From assembly GCF_009914755.1 (NCBI RefSeq), contig NC_060925.1: a DNA stretch of 64,000 bases, one strand, 5' to 3'. Each line of letters starts with the position of its first letter. The stretch's first letter is position 1. The notes below the pieces were generated by a model. The model was given only the letters and a program-made list of their open reading frames with translations, had not been told where the DNA came from and did no database searches. Shown here piece after piece: positions 39,820-52,126 of this stretch. The DNA is from the human T2T-CHM13v2.0 reference genome, Homo sapiens. A program made the position numbers and the translations under genes.

Positions 39820-40850
39820 CAACTATCCAGGTACTTAAGCCAGAAAATCAGGAGTCCTATTTGATTCCTCCTTCTGCTCCAACCCTGATCCCAAGTCTTG
39901 TTATATTACCTTCTAAATGGTTGAGGAATCCATTCAGTGCTCTCTTCATCATTAAAGTCCTGGTCCAAGCCACCATCATCTGCCAACTGGACTATTACAC
40001 TTGTCCACTATTTAGTCATTCCGTTTCCACCCTTGTCTGTTCCATTCTCCACACTATAGCTAAACTGGTCTTTCCAAAACATCGATCTCATCATGTCACC
40101 CTGACAACAAGACCTTCAGGGTTTCCAGCCTCTGCTCACACCACACTCTCCCCACTCCCTTCGCTCTCTGCTCTGCCAACAGGGGCACCAGTGACATTTT
40201 GGGCCAGATAATTCTTTGTGGTGAGGGATTGTCCTGTAGGTTGTAGGATGTTTAGTAGCATCTCTAGCTTCTACCTACTAGATACCAATGGGAACCCGTC
40301 CCCTAAATTGTGACAAAAAAAAAAATCTCCAAATATGACTGAATGTCACTGTTGTCAGATGTCACCTGAGGTGAAATCACCCCCATTAAGAACCATTGCT
40401 GTAAAGTGCTGTCTTCACTCCTGAAATAAGGGAACAGAGGCCTCCTTTTGCCAACAGCACTCTCCAGGCTCTGACCCTCTTCCTAATTCACCCCTTCTTG
40501 GCCTCACTCCAATGTCCACTCCATCATCACTTCCTGAGGGAAGTTTCTCTAATACCCCTGCCTTGCTGGTCCCCCTGTTATAAGCTCACCTAGCATTGGG
40601 TACTTCTCCTGTGTTGTACTTATTAGCTGGTAATCAAAATAAATGATTACTAACATATTTGTAGTTTTACTTGTACTTGTGTGATTATTTGATTAACATC
40701 TGCCTCAGCCAGCAACAGACTGTAAGCTCCATGAGGGCAGGGACTGCATCTGTTTTCCTCATAATTGGATCTCCAGGATACAATGTATCTAGCCTAGTAC
40801 CTGACACAGTAAGTAATCAATCAATATTTGTTGAACTAATAAATACATGA
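39820..40850 (+). mobile_element. L2a-like, interrupted by MER20
   Basis: ccaagccaccatcatc..gactgtaagctccatgagggcagggact..aatatttgttgaa. Confidence 0.8.
40180..40398 (-). mobile_element. MER20 hAT-Charlie
   Basis: gacattttgggccagataattctttgt..tgtaggatgtttagtagcatc..aagaaccattg. Confidence 0.85.
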
Positions 40851-41284
40851 AGATGCACCCCTGCCCTCATGTTATTGCTTTCTAGGGGAAGAGATAGGTA
40901 AGGAAACAAGCATAACACAAAATTTTGTGATGAAGTAATTATACACTGGGAGTCCATGGAGCACCTAACAGTTTTGAGGAGGTCTGAGATGCTGCTGGAG
41001 GAGTTTGTATTCTAGTTCCTGGCAGGAGATCTGAAGCATATTTAAGAATTAAGTGAATGGGGGGTGGGAGGTGGAAGAGGAAACTGGAGAGAGTAGGAGG
41101 CTCCAGGCAGAAGGATCAGCTTCGTCAAAGACTAAGAAGTGAGACTGCATGGTCCTCAAATCCCTTCTCTTACTCTTCTGCCTTCTTTCCAATTCCCGTT
41201 TGTCCCAGGCTAAGGCCTTGCTTAAGTGATCTCTGTCAGAAGGATGGAGTGAAAGCAGGAAGAGAGTCCCTTCTGGCTCACAAG

Positions 41285-41397
41285 CAGGGTGGCCAACCAT
41301 CACAGTTTGCCTGGGACTGTCCTGGCTTTAGCACTGAAGGGTTCATGTCCTGGAAAACCTTTGGTCCCTGGATAAACAGGAAAAGTTGGTCACCCTG
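41285..41397. mobile_element. MER81 hAT-Blackjack MITE
   Basis: TIRs cagggtggccaac / gttggtcaccctg; 8-bp TSD ctcacaag / ctcagagg. Confidence 0.85.
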
Positions 41398-41561
41398 CTC
41401 AGAGGGTTTGTTCTGGTCACCCAAGTCACCTGGAAGGAGAAACAGGGCATCTGAGTGTCTTGGAATGATCCCTGGGCTGGGGCCAGGACACCCGGGTTTA
41501 AGTCCCAGCTCTGTCCCACACCAGCCTTGTAATTCTGAGGAAGTTGTGTCTCTAGCCTCCC

Positions 41562-42123
41562 TATATTGACAACATTTGCTTAGTTTCTATATTCTGTATG
41601 CTCTGGAAATTGGGGCTTCGATCCTAGAGAGATTTCTAGGGCTAGCTAATCCCCAGAGTAAGCAAATGGCTCCCCGTGGAGCATGCTTTTGATATGCAAA
41701 CCAGCCAATCCAGAGCCTGCACCCCCAACCCTCTCCTTTATCAAACGCTCACACACCAATGCAATATCTCCCCTGCCCTAAACCACCCCAGGGCCAAGTC
41801 CTGGACAACTAGGGATCACGCCTATAGCCCAGAACCTACTGAAATTATCCAAACTACCCAAAGCTGAACTTACTCAGCATAGTTGCAGTACCTTGCCCAT
41901 TCCTTCCCACAGGAACCCCAGTAAAGGCCCTGAGCCATGCATACTCTCCTCTCCCCTCCCCACTTCTGCCTCCTGACCGACCCAGCGCTTCCTGGGGTGG
42001 CCTGCGTGGCACGCCGTACCTCCTGTTCTAGAGGCCTGTGAGTATAAACTTTTTCCTCCCTGACAATCATTTCCATTTCTTACCATGCCTGATTAAAACA
42101 AACTCCAGGTCCATTTTATCACA
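41562..42123 (+). mobile_element. MER73/MER74-family ERVL solo LTR inserted in a MIR
   Basis: gggctagctaat..gatatgcaaaccagccaatccagagcc; 5-bp TSD ctccc / ctcct; MIR halves ~41480-41561 and ~42124-42210. Confidence 0.75.
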
Positions 42124-42931
42124 CTCCTCCCTGCCGTTATTGGCCCTCCTGCCTCACGGGGTTGTTGCGAGGGCCTAATAAGATAATGTTTATAAAAATG
42201 CTTTGTCAGCTTTCAAGGATAAGGTATTTTTATGATCATTCCTTTCTGCATCATTTAGGTTTGAAAATGCTGGAAATCCCCACAGGGTCCTGATGAGGAT
42301 GCAGGGAGACTGTTCTTAGGAGGCTGATCCAGGTCACCGCCTTGGGCCCCTCTCCACTGTGAGCAATCCGTCTGCCAGGCAGTAGTGGCCAAGGCCCATT
42401 TGGACAGCAGCCTCCTGGACTCCTGGTCTGGCCGCCTCTTCTCCAGCTTGCACCTCCTTTTCCTTTCACTGGGGGAACAAACACATTTAGAGTTTAGAGG
42501 AATGGAACTACTCCATGAAATGCTTGTCTGCAGGAGAAAAGCTTCCCATTCCTTTGGAGAGCATGCATGCCACAAAGCAGGTCTCCCCAAAGTATTCCTC
42601 CAAGAAAAACATATGGGAGCTGTTAAAGTCAAGAGGCCAGCACACTGGGTGGGACCCTCCTCATAAAAGCAGGAGCCTGCATCCTCTCTTCTAAATCTCT
42701 TCCTGGAAAAGATCCTCTTTTCTTCCAGCTGAGGGCTGTTTATTCTGGTTTACCTCCCGGCTGTGTGGTTCACATCCATGCGGCCAACACAAAGGCAGTG
42801 TACGACCCGTGACTACCTCTCAGGCACCCAGGCTGTGAAATAAAGTTTTGAGCAGGCTGTGGGCAGTTATGTGGTTCTGTGGCTTCAGTGAGTGCTAAGT
42901 GGGCATGACAGTAGCTCGAAGGGCCTTGGGA

Positions 42932-43067
42932 TAGAGGTGCCAGAGAAAACACAGGATGCCTGAATATTGCACAGGACATACTTATACACAAAAGTATTTG
43001 CTATGTATCTGAAATTCAAATTTAACTGGGCTTCCTGCATTTTTGTTTGCTAAATCTGGTAACCCTA
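42932..43067. mobile_element. MER53 hAT MITE (partly deleted)
   Basis: tagaggtgccag..ggacatacttatac..tatctgaaattcaaatttaactggg..tctggtaacccta; TSD ccttggga / acttagga. Confidence 0.85.
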
Positions 43068-44135
43068 ACTTAGGAGCCCATTTCTGAATCTATTTTTTTA
43101 CTTCCCGCATAGAACAGGCCCATGTCCTTCATTTCCTGTGGAGATTTCTGGGTCTAGTCTTTTGTTCCTGTCCCCTGCTGCATGGGTCATAGACTCCCAG
43201 GCATCACCAGGTGGGCTCCAGAAGTAACTTGCTCTGAGGTCTATAACTAATTAGGTCTCTACTTAATGGGCAGATGAAAGAGCTCAGTGTGGGATTGGAG
43301 GGTGATCAAACTGGCGAATCTTGCAAAGCCTTGAAGAGAACACTTGTACACACAGAACACATGAGTGTGGGTGGGTTAAGTGATGTCCAGGGCCTTGGGC
43401 AGGCAGTGGCCTGCTGCTGTGTTGCTGGAGGGGAAGGGTTAGACACCAGCCCTTCTGCAACACATCTTTGGCTTTGGGGTCTTGACAACTGCCATGTGGA
43501 GCCTCCAGTATTAATTGTATCCAGGAATTTGCAAGGGCCCTGGAAAAAAGGTGTCAGGGTTACAACCTCTTTTTCTAGACTTCCGCAATAATTAAGGCTT
43601 GTGTGAACTAGGTGGCCTTGGTGAAGTCCTGACAATAGAAAAGGCAGTGAGGGACCCCAAGAGGAAACACTGCACAAAGAAGGAGGTGGGAAGGAGCAGA
43701 GCTCATGAAGGAGAGTGCCTCTCCTAGGCACAGTGTGCAGCTGATATGGGGGACCACGTGGACCATGGCCCAATTAGGGAATCCTGTTGGGCGAACAGAA
43801 AAAGGCTACATGTGTGAACAAAAAGAGTTGTGCCATTATGACTTGCACACATAGGGCCCGAGTGGGTTTTCTGTTAGGCATCCTCCTTGCAGGCTGGCTT
43901 CTCTCCTTCCTTGAGGAGCACCAAGATCGGGTGGACAAATAAACATACAGGCAGCTGTGGGGACAGCAGGCTGGGTGGTCCCGGCTCAGTCAGTCCTTAT
44001 CTCTGGAGATCGCCCAAGACCTTGGCACATGCTCAGCCATACCTGCAGGTTGGAAGTAGCTGAGATGGAGACAGGTAGTTCAGAGCGTGGTGGTCCTAAG
44101 GTCAGCCCACTCTGCGAATCTGAGTCCCTTCTCTT

Positions 44136-44151
44136 CCAGCAGGTGGCAGCA
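44136..44151 (+). promoter_or_regulatory. Candidate CTCF site
   Basis: CCAGCAGGTGGCAGCA fits the CCASYAGRKGGCRS core. Confidence 0.45.
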
Positions 44152-44754
44152 GGAGAGCAAAAAGAAAGACTGAGGCTGGGATAAGTGGCACAGATGGGGT
44201 GTGGGGTGGGGGGTATTGCAGTGTGCCTGTACGCATGCAATTTTTAGGAACATTTGTGGACGACAACCTGCGCAAATGCCTGAGCTTCAATTTAGTAGGT
44301 GGGGGCTCAGAGTTATTACAATTTGGTTATAAAAGGAAATGGGGCCTTATTTTATAGTCAAAGGTTAGTGAGGTCAAGACTTTTAGAAGATATGTATCTC
44401 CAAGGAGCTGTCCATTGGGATACAAGTTGACACCAGATTGGACTTCTTTTGATTAAACTTCTTTCAACACCAGATTAAATTTTTTCCAAATGGAAAATCT
44501 TGCTCAATGTTGTCAGTTCTTGTCTTTTATAACTGTTCAATTCATAAGGAAGAAGGAAAGAGGAGTGGGGTCAGGAGCTACTTTTAAAAGGCACGCCTTT
44601 CCCTGGGTGGGCACAGCTCTATCCCAGTTTTGAAGAGTGGAGTGCAAGCTGGATTCCAGCTCCTGTTGTCTTCCCAGCTGTGTGCCCCAGTACAACCCTA
44701 CGTTTTCAAGAAGAATGCTCTAGAGCATAGATGCCATCGTTCTGTCATGGCATT

Positions 44755-44925
44755 GTTATAGTAACAGAATTGGTGAACACTTGCTATATACCAGGCACTA
44801 ATCTAAGCACTTTACATATGTCTCATCTGGTCCTCACAACAGCTCTTCAGAGATGAGGAGACGGAGCAACCAGCCAAGGTTAACACAGAAATGGTAGAGC
44901 TGAGTGTGTTGTCCTAACCACCTGC
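44755..44925 (-). mobile_element. MIR
   Basis: ccaggcactaatctaagcactttacat..cctcacaac..agatgaggagac. Confidence 0.75.
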
Positions 44926-46199
44926 TGTCCTGCTAGACGTGGAAAGATTCGCAGCAACAGAGCAGGGAAAATGAGTCAAATGGAGGCCAAAAATGAGAAC
45001 TAAGAGATTTGTGAGAATATTCAAGCAAGGCAAGGAGAAAATAAGAGAAGGAAAGTAAAATATAGCCACAAGCAAAAGTGGTAACAAAATGCTTGATATG
45101 AAGTCCTATTTACCAGTGATAAGCCACATGGATAGTTAGTTATGAGCTTTTTTGTAATCAACAGGAAAAGGAAAATCACAATTTTCAAGATTCCCAGTGT
45201 CTCTAAGGTATAAAGCCCAAGTAATTGGAGAGAAGCACAACTATTTGTGGAACTAAGATAAAAATGAATTGCCTCTAGTCAGTTTTTGAAGAGCCACTTG
45301 TCCAGGGTCTCACAGCTGCTCGGCCAGAATTTGAACCCCAACCACATAGTTCCAGAGCCCACATTCTCAGACATAGCCCCCAATACTGCCTCTGGGCTGG
45401 AGCTGGTATTCTCAATAACTGTTTGTTGAGTGGATAGGTGAATCACCATTGGAATTGGAACAGGAGTTCAGGAGCTTCTGGAGGAATCAGGCTGTTGCTA
45501 GATGCTATGACATTCACTCTTATCTAGGGGCTGTTTATAAATTACATATCAGGGACTACCTGTATTAACAATAACCTTATCACACTCCCAAACTCCAAAG
45601 AAAACTAACATCTAAATGCATTCCCTTAAAGAAGCAGCACAAATGACTATAGTGTGTCACCCTTTTCTTCTGTAGAGTCTGAGAATTTGCTTGGAATCAA
45701 CCTGATATGAATGGAATTTCTCACAGGAGTTCCACAAAGACTCAATCAGTCTCCCTCTCTCTCAACCTCTCTCTTTCCCTAAGACCTAGATGAAAACAAG
45801 GCTTGAAATCAGATATTGGGCTGCTCTTCCTGATGTAGAGAGGGAATATTATTATAAGTATAAAACTGCTTATAAAATTCTTACAGTAATTGGAAAGAAA
45901 TTGGAAACATTAACAGCTAAATCCCAGTTCAGCTCACACTTCATTAAATAAAATATCCCTCAAACGTGATAATCATTCGAAGAGGACCTGACTCAGCACA
46001 GTTGAGCAGAAGCAAATTGAAGGCCAGTGGGAAGGAAGCAGATGGCCTCAAATCCATAAAAGTCCCCAAAGCTCTATAATCAGGCTTATTTTTCACCAAA
46101 TGGTATCTAAAATCTGTGTAACACCTCTTAAACTGAATGCCTGAAACAAATACACATTGAGAGTCTGCTACAGTCTAGCAGCATTTTGTTTCTTTCACA

Positions 46200-46390
46200 C
46201 ACATTCTGTCCTTTGGGACCTACAACAACCCTGGGAGTTAGGTTGGCAGGTGTAATTATCCATGTTTTATAGTTAAGAACACAGGCTTGGAAAGACAAAG
46301 GGACTTACTGGAGGTTATAAGTGAGTGGGGACCCTCTTGAGAACCAAAGGGACCCAGAACTCAAACCTGGATCTTCTGAGCTCTCATACT
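46200..46390 (-). mobile_element. MIR
   Basis: acaacaaccctgggagttagg..attatccatgttttatag..actcaaacctggatcttctga. Confidence 0.6.
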
Positions 46391-46834
46391 CCAACCTCTG
46401 ATCTCCACTGAGAGGCCTCCAGCCTGTGAAGGCAAAAGGGATGTCAGGTACCAACTGAGCTCCTCTCCACAGCTTCCAATACACCTGCTTTTCCTGCTAT
46501 GAAGATAAGGAAAGTTAGAATATTACCATGTCAAGACTTGGCAAATTACGCTGCTTCCCAGGCCATGTGTTTTAGCACTTTCCTCCTCCTGATGACATGG
46601 CATCAATGCACCCAGGAGGCCCCACTCTTATTCTGCAGACATGGAGGGGCTAAGAGGCAGCTGGCTGCTACCCAGAGGCATGTTCGTGCTCTAAGAGGTT
46701 CTGCCTCCTGCTGCCTATGTGCTTGTGGAAGCTTTGCAAACTCTCCTGGGGTTAATATGAGGGTCTAAAAGAGAAAATGTACAAAAAGAACCTAGCACTC
46801 CTTCTAGCATGAAAAATTTTAGTGATTCTTTCCA

Positions 46835-47375
46835 TTTCATTCATTGATTCAGTCATCCATTCATTTAGCAATTTTTGTTGAGCATTCACTATGTGCTAAG
46901 CCTTGTTCCCAGTAGTAAAGATACAGCAGTGGCCGAAAAAGACAAAAATCCCTGTCTTTAAGGAGATTACATTCTGGGGCAGAAATAGATAATTTCAAAT
47001 AAAAAATTAAATAAATCATGGCAGTGTGTAAGAAATATAAGGGAGAAAAATTAGGTGATATGATAGAGAATTGTTGATTCTGGACACCTCTCCAAAAAGG
47101 TGACATTTAAACTGAATTCTGGAAGACGACAGGGGCCAACTATGCAACAAGCCTAGAAAAGAGCTGGCCAACCATAGGGAAGTTCAAGTGCAGGGGCCTG
47201 AGGTGGTAAGGACCTTAGACTCCCTAGGAGCTGCTGAAAGGCCAGTGCGGCTGGAGTGGAGTAAGTGAGGAAGCGAGTGTCAGGAAACGAGGTTGGAGAC
47301 CGAAGCAGAAGCCAGATTGTGCAAGCCTCAGAGGCCATGGTAAGGAGTTTGGGCAGCCTGAAGGAAGGGAGGGAG
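46835..47375 (-). mobile_element. L2a/b
   Basis: cattcatttagcaatt..ttgagcattcactatgtgc..aaggccagtgcggctggagtggagt..ggccatggtaaggagtttgg. Confidence 0.85.
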
Positions 47376-47441
47376 CCCCTATGTGGATAGCCCTGGAAAG
47401 GGCAGGCCAGAGGACAGGCATCAAGTGTGAGGCCCATGTGG

Positions 47442-47445
<4 letters not shown>

Positions 47446-47503
<58 letters not shown>
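47446..47503. repeat. (GT)n(GA)n compound microsatellite
   Basis: Read directly from the sequence. Confidence 0.95.
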
Positions 47504-49257
47504 AACACTGAAAAACATACACTTAAAATGCAAAAAACAATAATGACTCAAACTGCAGAGAGAGATAGATAAGCCAACAATTATAGGTGGAGATTTTAAC
47601 ATATCCCTCTGAGAAATTGGTAGAATGAACAGATAAAAATTATAAAATATAGAGATATAGAAGATCTGAAAATATAATAAATAAGTGTATATGCATATTA
47701 TTTTTAGTATACATATTGTTTTTGATTACACATAAAACATGAAAAACTGTCCATGTACTAAGTAGTTAAGGAAGCCTCAATAAATAAAATGAATCAGTAT
47801 CATTCAGACTGTGTTCTCTAACGTATGAAAGAAAATTAGAAATAAGTAACAAAAGGATTTTATTTTTAAAAACCTACATGTCTGAAACTAAACAGCATCA
47901 CTTGGGTTAAAAAACTAACTCATGAAAGAAATGACAAAATAATTAGAACCAAATGACAATGAAAACACTGTGGAATTTAGAGGAAAATGTGTAGTTTAAA
48001 ATACATTTATCAGGATACAAGACAGATCAAAAACAAATGAGCTAAGCCACCAACTCAAAAATTTAGAAAAGAAGCAATAGAGAAAAACTCAGAAATAAGA
48101 CAATAGGAAATAATAAAAACCAAGACAGAAGTCAGTGAAATAGAGAGTTACAATTATAATAACCAAGAAGAAGATTAATAAAACTAAAACCTGGTTCTTT
48201 CAAAAGATTAATAAGATAGGTCACTGTCAAGACAGTTCAAGAAATAAAGACAATACACAAATACAATACAGAAAAGTAAATAAAGATATAACAGAAAATT
48301 CAAAGTGCATTATGAAGACATAGAATGGATGAAAAATGGCAGAGAGGAGGCAGCACTAACCTGTAGCTCCCACTTGGATGAACAGAGTAGTGTGTGGAGA
48401 CTCACATCATAAACTTTTGCTCCAAGAACTACTGCAGGAATATACCAGGGAAGCAGAGAGAGTCCACAGACCCTTTGAAGAGAGTGGATTGCTGCTACAG
48501 GCCTCTGGAGACAGCCAAAAAACTGTGAATGCCCAAAGTGTGAAAGGGGGATCATACACCTCCAAACACACCCTCACTGGGGAAGCTGAATGTCCAGATC
48601 ACAGAATGATTTGACCTTACCTGGAGCTGAGACAAATTTAGAGAGCTGAGCAAAATACTGGGGCAAAAGAAGCAGTAGGAAGAGCCCTGTGGGAAATCTT
48701 GGTCCCCATGGCAGCCATTTCTGACTTTGTCTCACAAGGGTCCTTCAGGAGGGCTGCCAGAGGAACAGGGAAAAGACCACAGGGAGAAGGAAACTTCTAG
48801 CTGAGCTTTGTAACAATTTTGACTAAGCATGAAGTTTCCTGGCCAGAACCTGGGGGAGGGGGCAAATTGGGAGTTCAGGCACAGTACAGAAGTTGTGGCA
48901 AGTAGGGAGCCAAAAAACCTGACAGCCCTGCTTGCTTTCTCAGCTGGGAGGTGGGTAGCCTGGGGCAAGTTTGCAGCCATACTCACTTAATGCCTGGAAA
49001 TAAACTCGGTGTTGTTTTTGGGGCGGAGACAGTGGAAGTGAGACCAGCCTTTTGGGCTGCATGGGAGCTGGGTGAGTGCTGTAACTGCTGGCTTCCCCTC
49101 ACTTCCCTGGTGACCTGCATGATGCAGCAGAGGCTCCCATAATCCACCTGGGAACATAACTCCATTGGCCTGAGAACCACACCCCATTCCCCAGAGCAGC
49201 CTCGGTAAGCCTCACCCAAGGAGAGTCTGAGCTCAGACACACCTAACCCTGAACCCA

Positions 49258-51543
49258 TGATATGGTTTGGCTGTGTCCCCACGCAAATCTCATCTTGAAT
49301 TCCCACGTGCTGTGGAGGGACCCAGTGAAAGGTAATTGAATCATGGGGCTGTTCTCGTGATAGTGAATAAGTCTCATGAGATCTGACGGTTTTATAAGGG
49401 GGAGGTTCCCTGCACAAGCTCTCTCTTTGCCTGCTGCCATCCATGTAAGATGTGACTTGCTCCTCCTTGCCTTCCACCATGATTGTGAGGCTTCCCCAGC
49501 CATGTGTCCCCAGCCATGTGGAACTGTGAGTTCTCCACTAAACCTCTTTCCTTTGTAAATTGTCCAGTGTCAGGTATGTCTTTATCAGCAGCATGAAAAT
49601 GGACTAATACAGTAAATTGGTACCAGTAGAGTGGGGTGCTGCTGAAAAGATACCTGAAAATGTGGAGGCAACTTTGAAACTGGGTAACAGGCAGAGGTTG
49701 GAACAGTTTGGAGGGCTCAGAAGAAGACAGGAAAATGTGGGAAATTTTGGAACTTCCTATAGACTTGTTGAATGGCTTCGACCAAAATGCTGATAGCGAT
49801 ATGGACAATGAAATACAGGTTGAGGTGGTCTCAGATGGAGATGAGGAACTGCTTGGGAACAGAAGTAAAGGTGACTCTTGCTATGTTTTAGCAAAGAGAC
49901 TGGTGGCATTTTGCCCCTGCCCTAGAGATTTGTGGAACTTTGAACTTGAGAGAGATGACTTAGGGTATCTGGTGGAAGAAATTTCTAAGCAGCAAAGCAT
50001 TCAAGAGGTGACTTTGGTGCTGTTAAAGGCATTCCATTTTAAAAGAGAAAGAGAGCAAAGAGTTTGGAAAATTTGCAGCCTGACAATGCGATACAAGAGA
50101 AAATCCCATTTTCTGAGAAAAAATTCAAGCCGGCTGTAGAAATTTGCATAAGTAATGAAGAGATGAGCGTTAATCCTCAAGACAATGGGGAAAATGCCTC
50201 TGGGCATATCACAGATCTTCACAGCAGCCCCTCCTATCACAGGCCCAGAGACCTAGGAGGAAAAAGTGGTTTTGTGGGCCAGGCCCAGGGTTCTCATGCT
50301 GTGTGCAGTGTAGGGACTTGGTGCCCTGCATTACAGCTGATCCAGCCCTGGCTGAAAGGGACCAAAGTAGAGCTCAGGCCATGGCTTCAGAGGGTGCAAG
50401 CCTCAAGGCTTGGCAGCTTCCATGTGGTTTTGAGCTTGCCAGGGCACAGAAGTCAAGAATTGGAGTTTGGAAACCTCTATCTAGATTTCAGAGGGTATAT
50501 GGAAACACCTGGATGCCCAGACAGAAGTTTGCTGCAGGGGCAGGGCCCTCATGGAGAACCTCTGCTAGGGCAGTGTGGAAGGGAAATGTGGGGTTGGAGC
50601 CACCACACAGAGTCCCTAGTGGGGCACCACCTAATAGAGCTGTGAGAAGAGGGCCACTGTCCTCCAGACCCCAGAATGGTAGATCCACTGACAGCTTGCA
50701 CCATGCACCTGGAAAAGCCACAGACCCTCAACACCAGGCCATGAAAGCAGCTAGAAGGGAGGCTGTACACTGCAAAGCCACAGGGGTGGAGCTGCCCAAA
50801 CCATGGGAACTCACCTTTTGCATCAGTGTGACCTGGATGTGAGACATGGAGTCAAAGGAGATCATTTTGGAGCTTTAAGATTTGACCACCCTGCTGGATT
50901 TTGAACTTGCATGGGACCTTAGCCCCTTAGTTTTGTCCAATTTCTCCCATTAAAATGTCTGCATTTACCCAGTGCCTGTACCCCCATTGTATCTAGGAAG
51001 TAACTAACTTGCTTTTGATTTTACAGGCTCATAGGCAGAAGAGACTTGCATTGTCTCAGAAATGACTTTGAACTGTGGACTTTTGAGTTAATGCTGAAAT
51101 GAGTTAAGACTTTGGGGGACTGTTGGGAAGGCATGATTGGTTTTGAAATGTGAGGACATGAGATTTGGGAGGGGCCAGGGGTAGAATTATATGGTTTGGC
51201 TGTGTCCCCACCCAAATCTCATCTTGAATTCCCATGTGTTGTGGGAGGGACCTAGTGAAAGGTAATTGAATCATGGGGCCAGGTCTTTCCTGTGCTGTTC
51301 TCATATTAGTGAATAAGTCTCATGATATCTGATGGTTTTATAAGGGAGAGTTTCCCTGAACAAGCTCTCTCTTTGCCTGCTGCCATACATGTAAGATGTG
51401 ACTTGCTCCTCCATGCCTTCTGCCATGATTGTGAGGCTTCCCCAGCCACAATGAACTGTGAGTTCTCCACTAAACCTCTTTCCTCTGTAAATTGCCCAGA
51501 GTCAGGTATGTCTTTCTTAGCAGCATGAAAACAGACTAACACA
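49258..51543 (+). mobile_element. Complete THE1B MaLR element (LTR 49258-49611, internal ~1.57 kb, LTR 51187-51543)
   Basis: Both LTRs read t(g/t)atatggtttggctgtgtcccca...actaa(t/c)aca; THE1-int begins gtaaattggtacc; TSD accca / cccca. Confidence 0.95.
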
Positions 51544-51664
51544 CCCCACCTGATGGTCTTTCTCTATTTGCTCTGTTAGCCAAAGACAAAGGAGATAATC
51601 TCTTGGGAGCTCTATGGCCCCACCCACTGATTCTCCCTATACTACCACAACTGATGCAGTCTTT

Positions 51665-52126
51665 TTTAAATATTATTATTATACTTTAAGTTCTAGGGTA
51701 CATGTGCACAATGTGCAGTTTTGTCACATATGTATACATGTGCTATATTGGTGTGCTGCACCCATTAACTCATCATTTACATTAGGTATATCTCCTAAGG
51801 CTGTCCCTCCCACCCTCCCACCCCACTACAGGCCCCAGTGTGTGATGTTCCCCTTCTTGTGTTCCAGTGTTCTCATTGTTCAATTCCCACCTATGAGTGA
51901 GAACATGTGGTGTTTGGTTTTTTGTCCTTGTGATAGTTTGCTGAGAATGATGGTTTCCAGCTTCCTCCATGTCCCTAAAAAGACATGAACTCATCCTTTT
52001 TTATGGCTGCATAGTATTCCATGGTGTATATGTGCCACATTTGCTTAATCCAGTCTATCATTGACGGACATTTGGATTGGTTCCAAGTCTTTGTTATTGT
52101 GAGTAGTGCCACAATAAACATACGTG
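51665..52126 (-). mobile_element. 5'-truncated L1PA5-like fragment
   Basis: 3' UTR ttctagggtac..tcatttacattaggtatatctcc; TSD tgatgcagtcttt / tgatgcactcttt. Confidence 0.92.

Noticed and set aside
49392-50842. 138-193-aa ORFs
   Set aside because: Lie within the decayed THE1 LTR/internal sequence in overlapping frames; not a host gene
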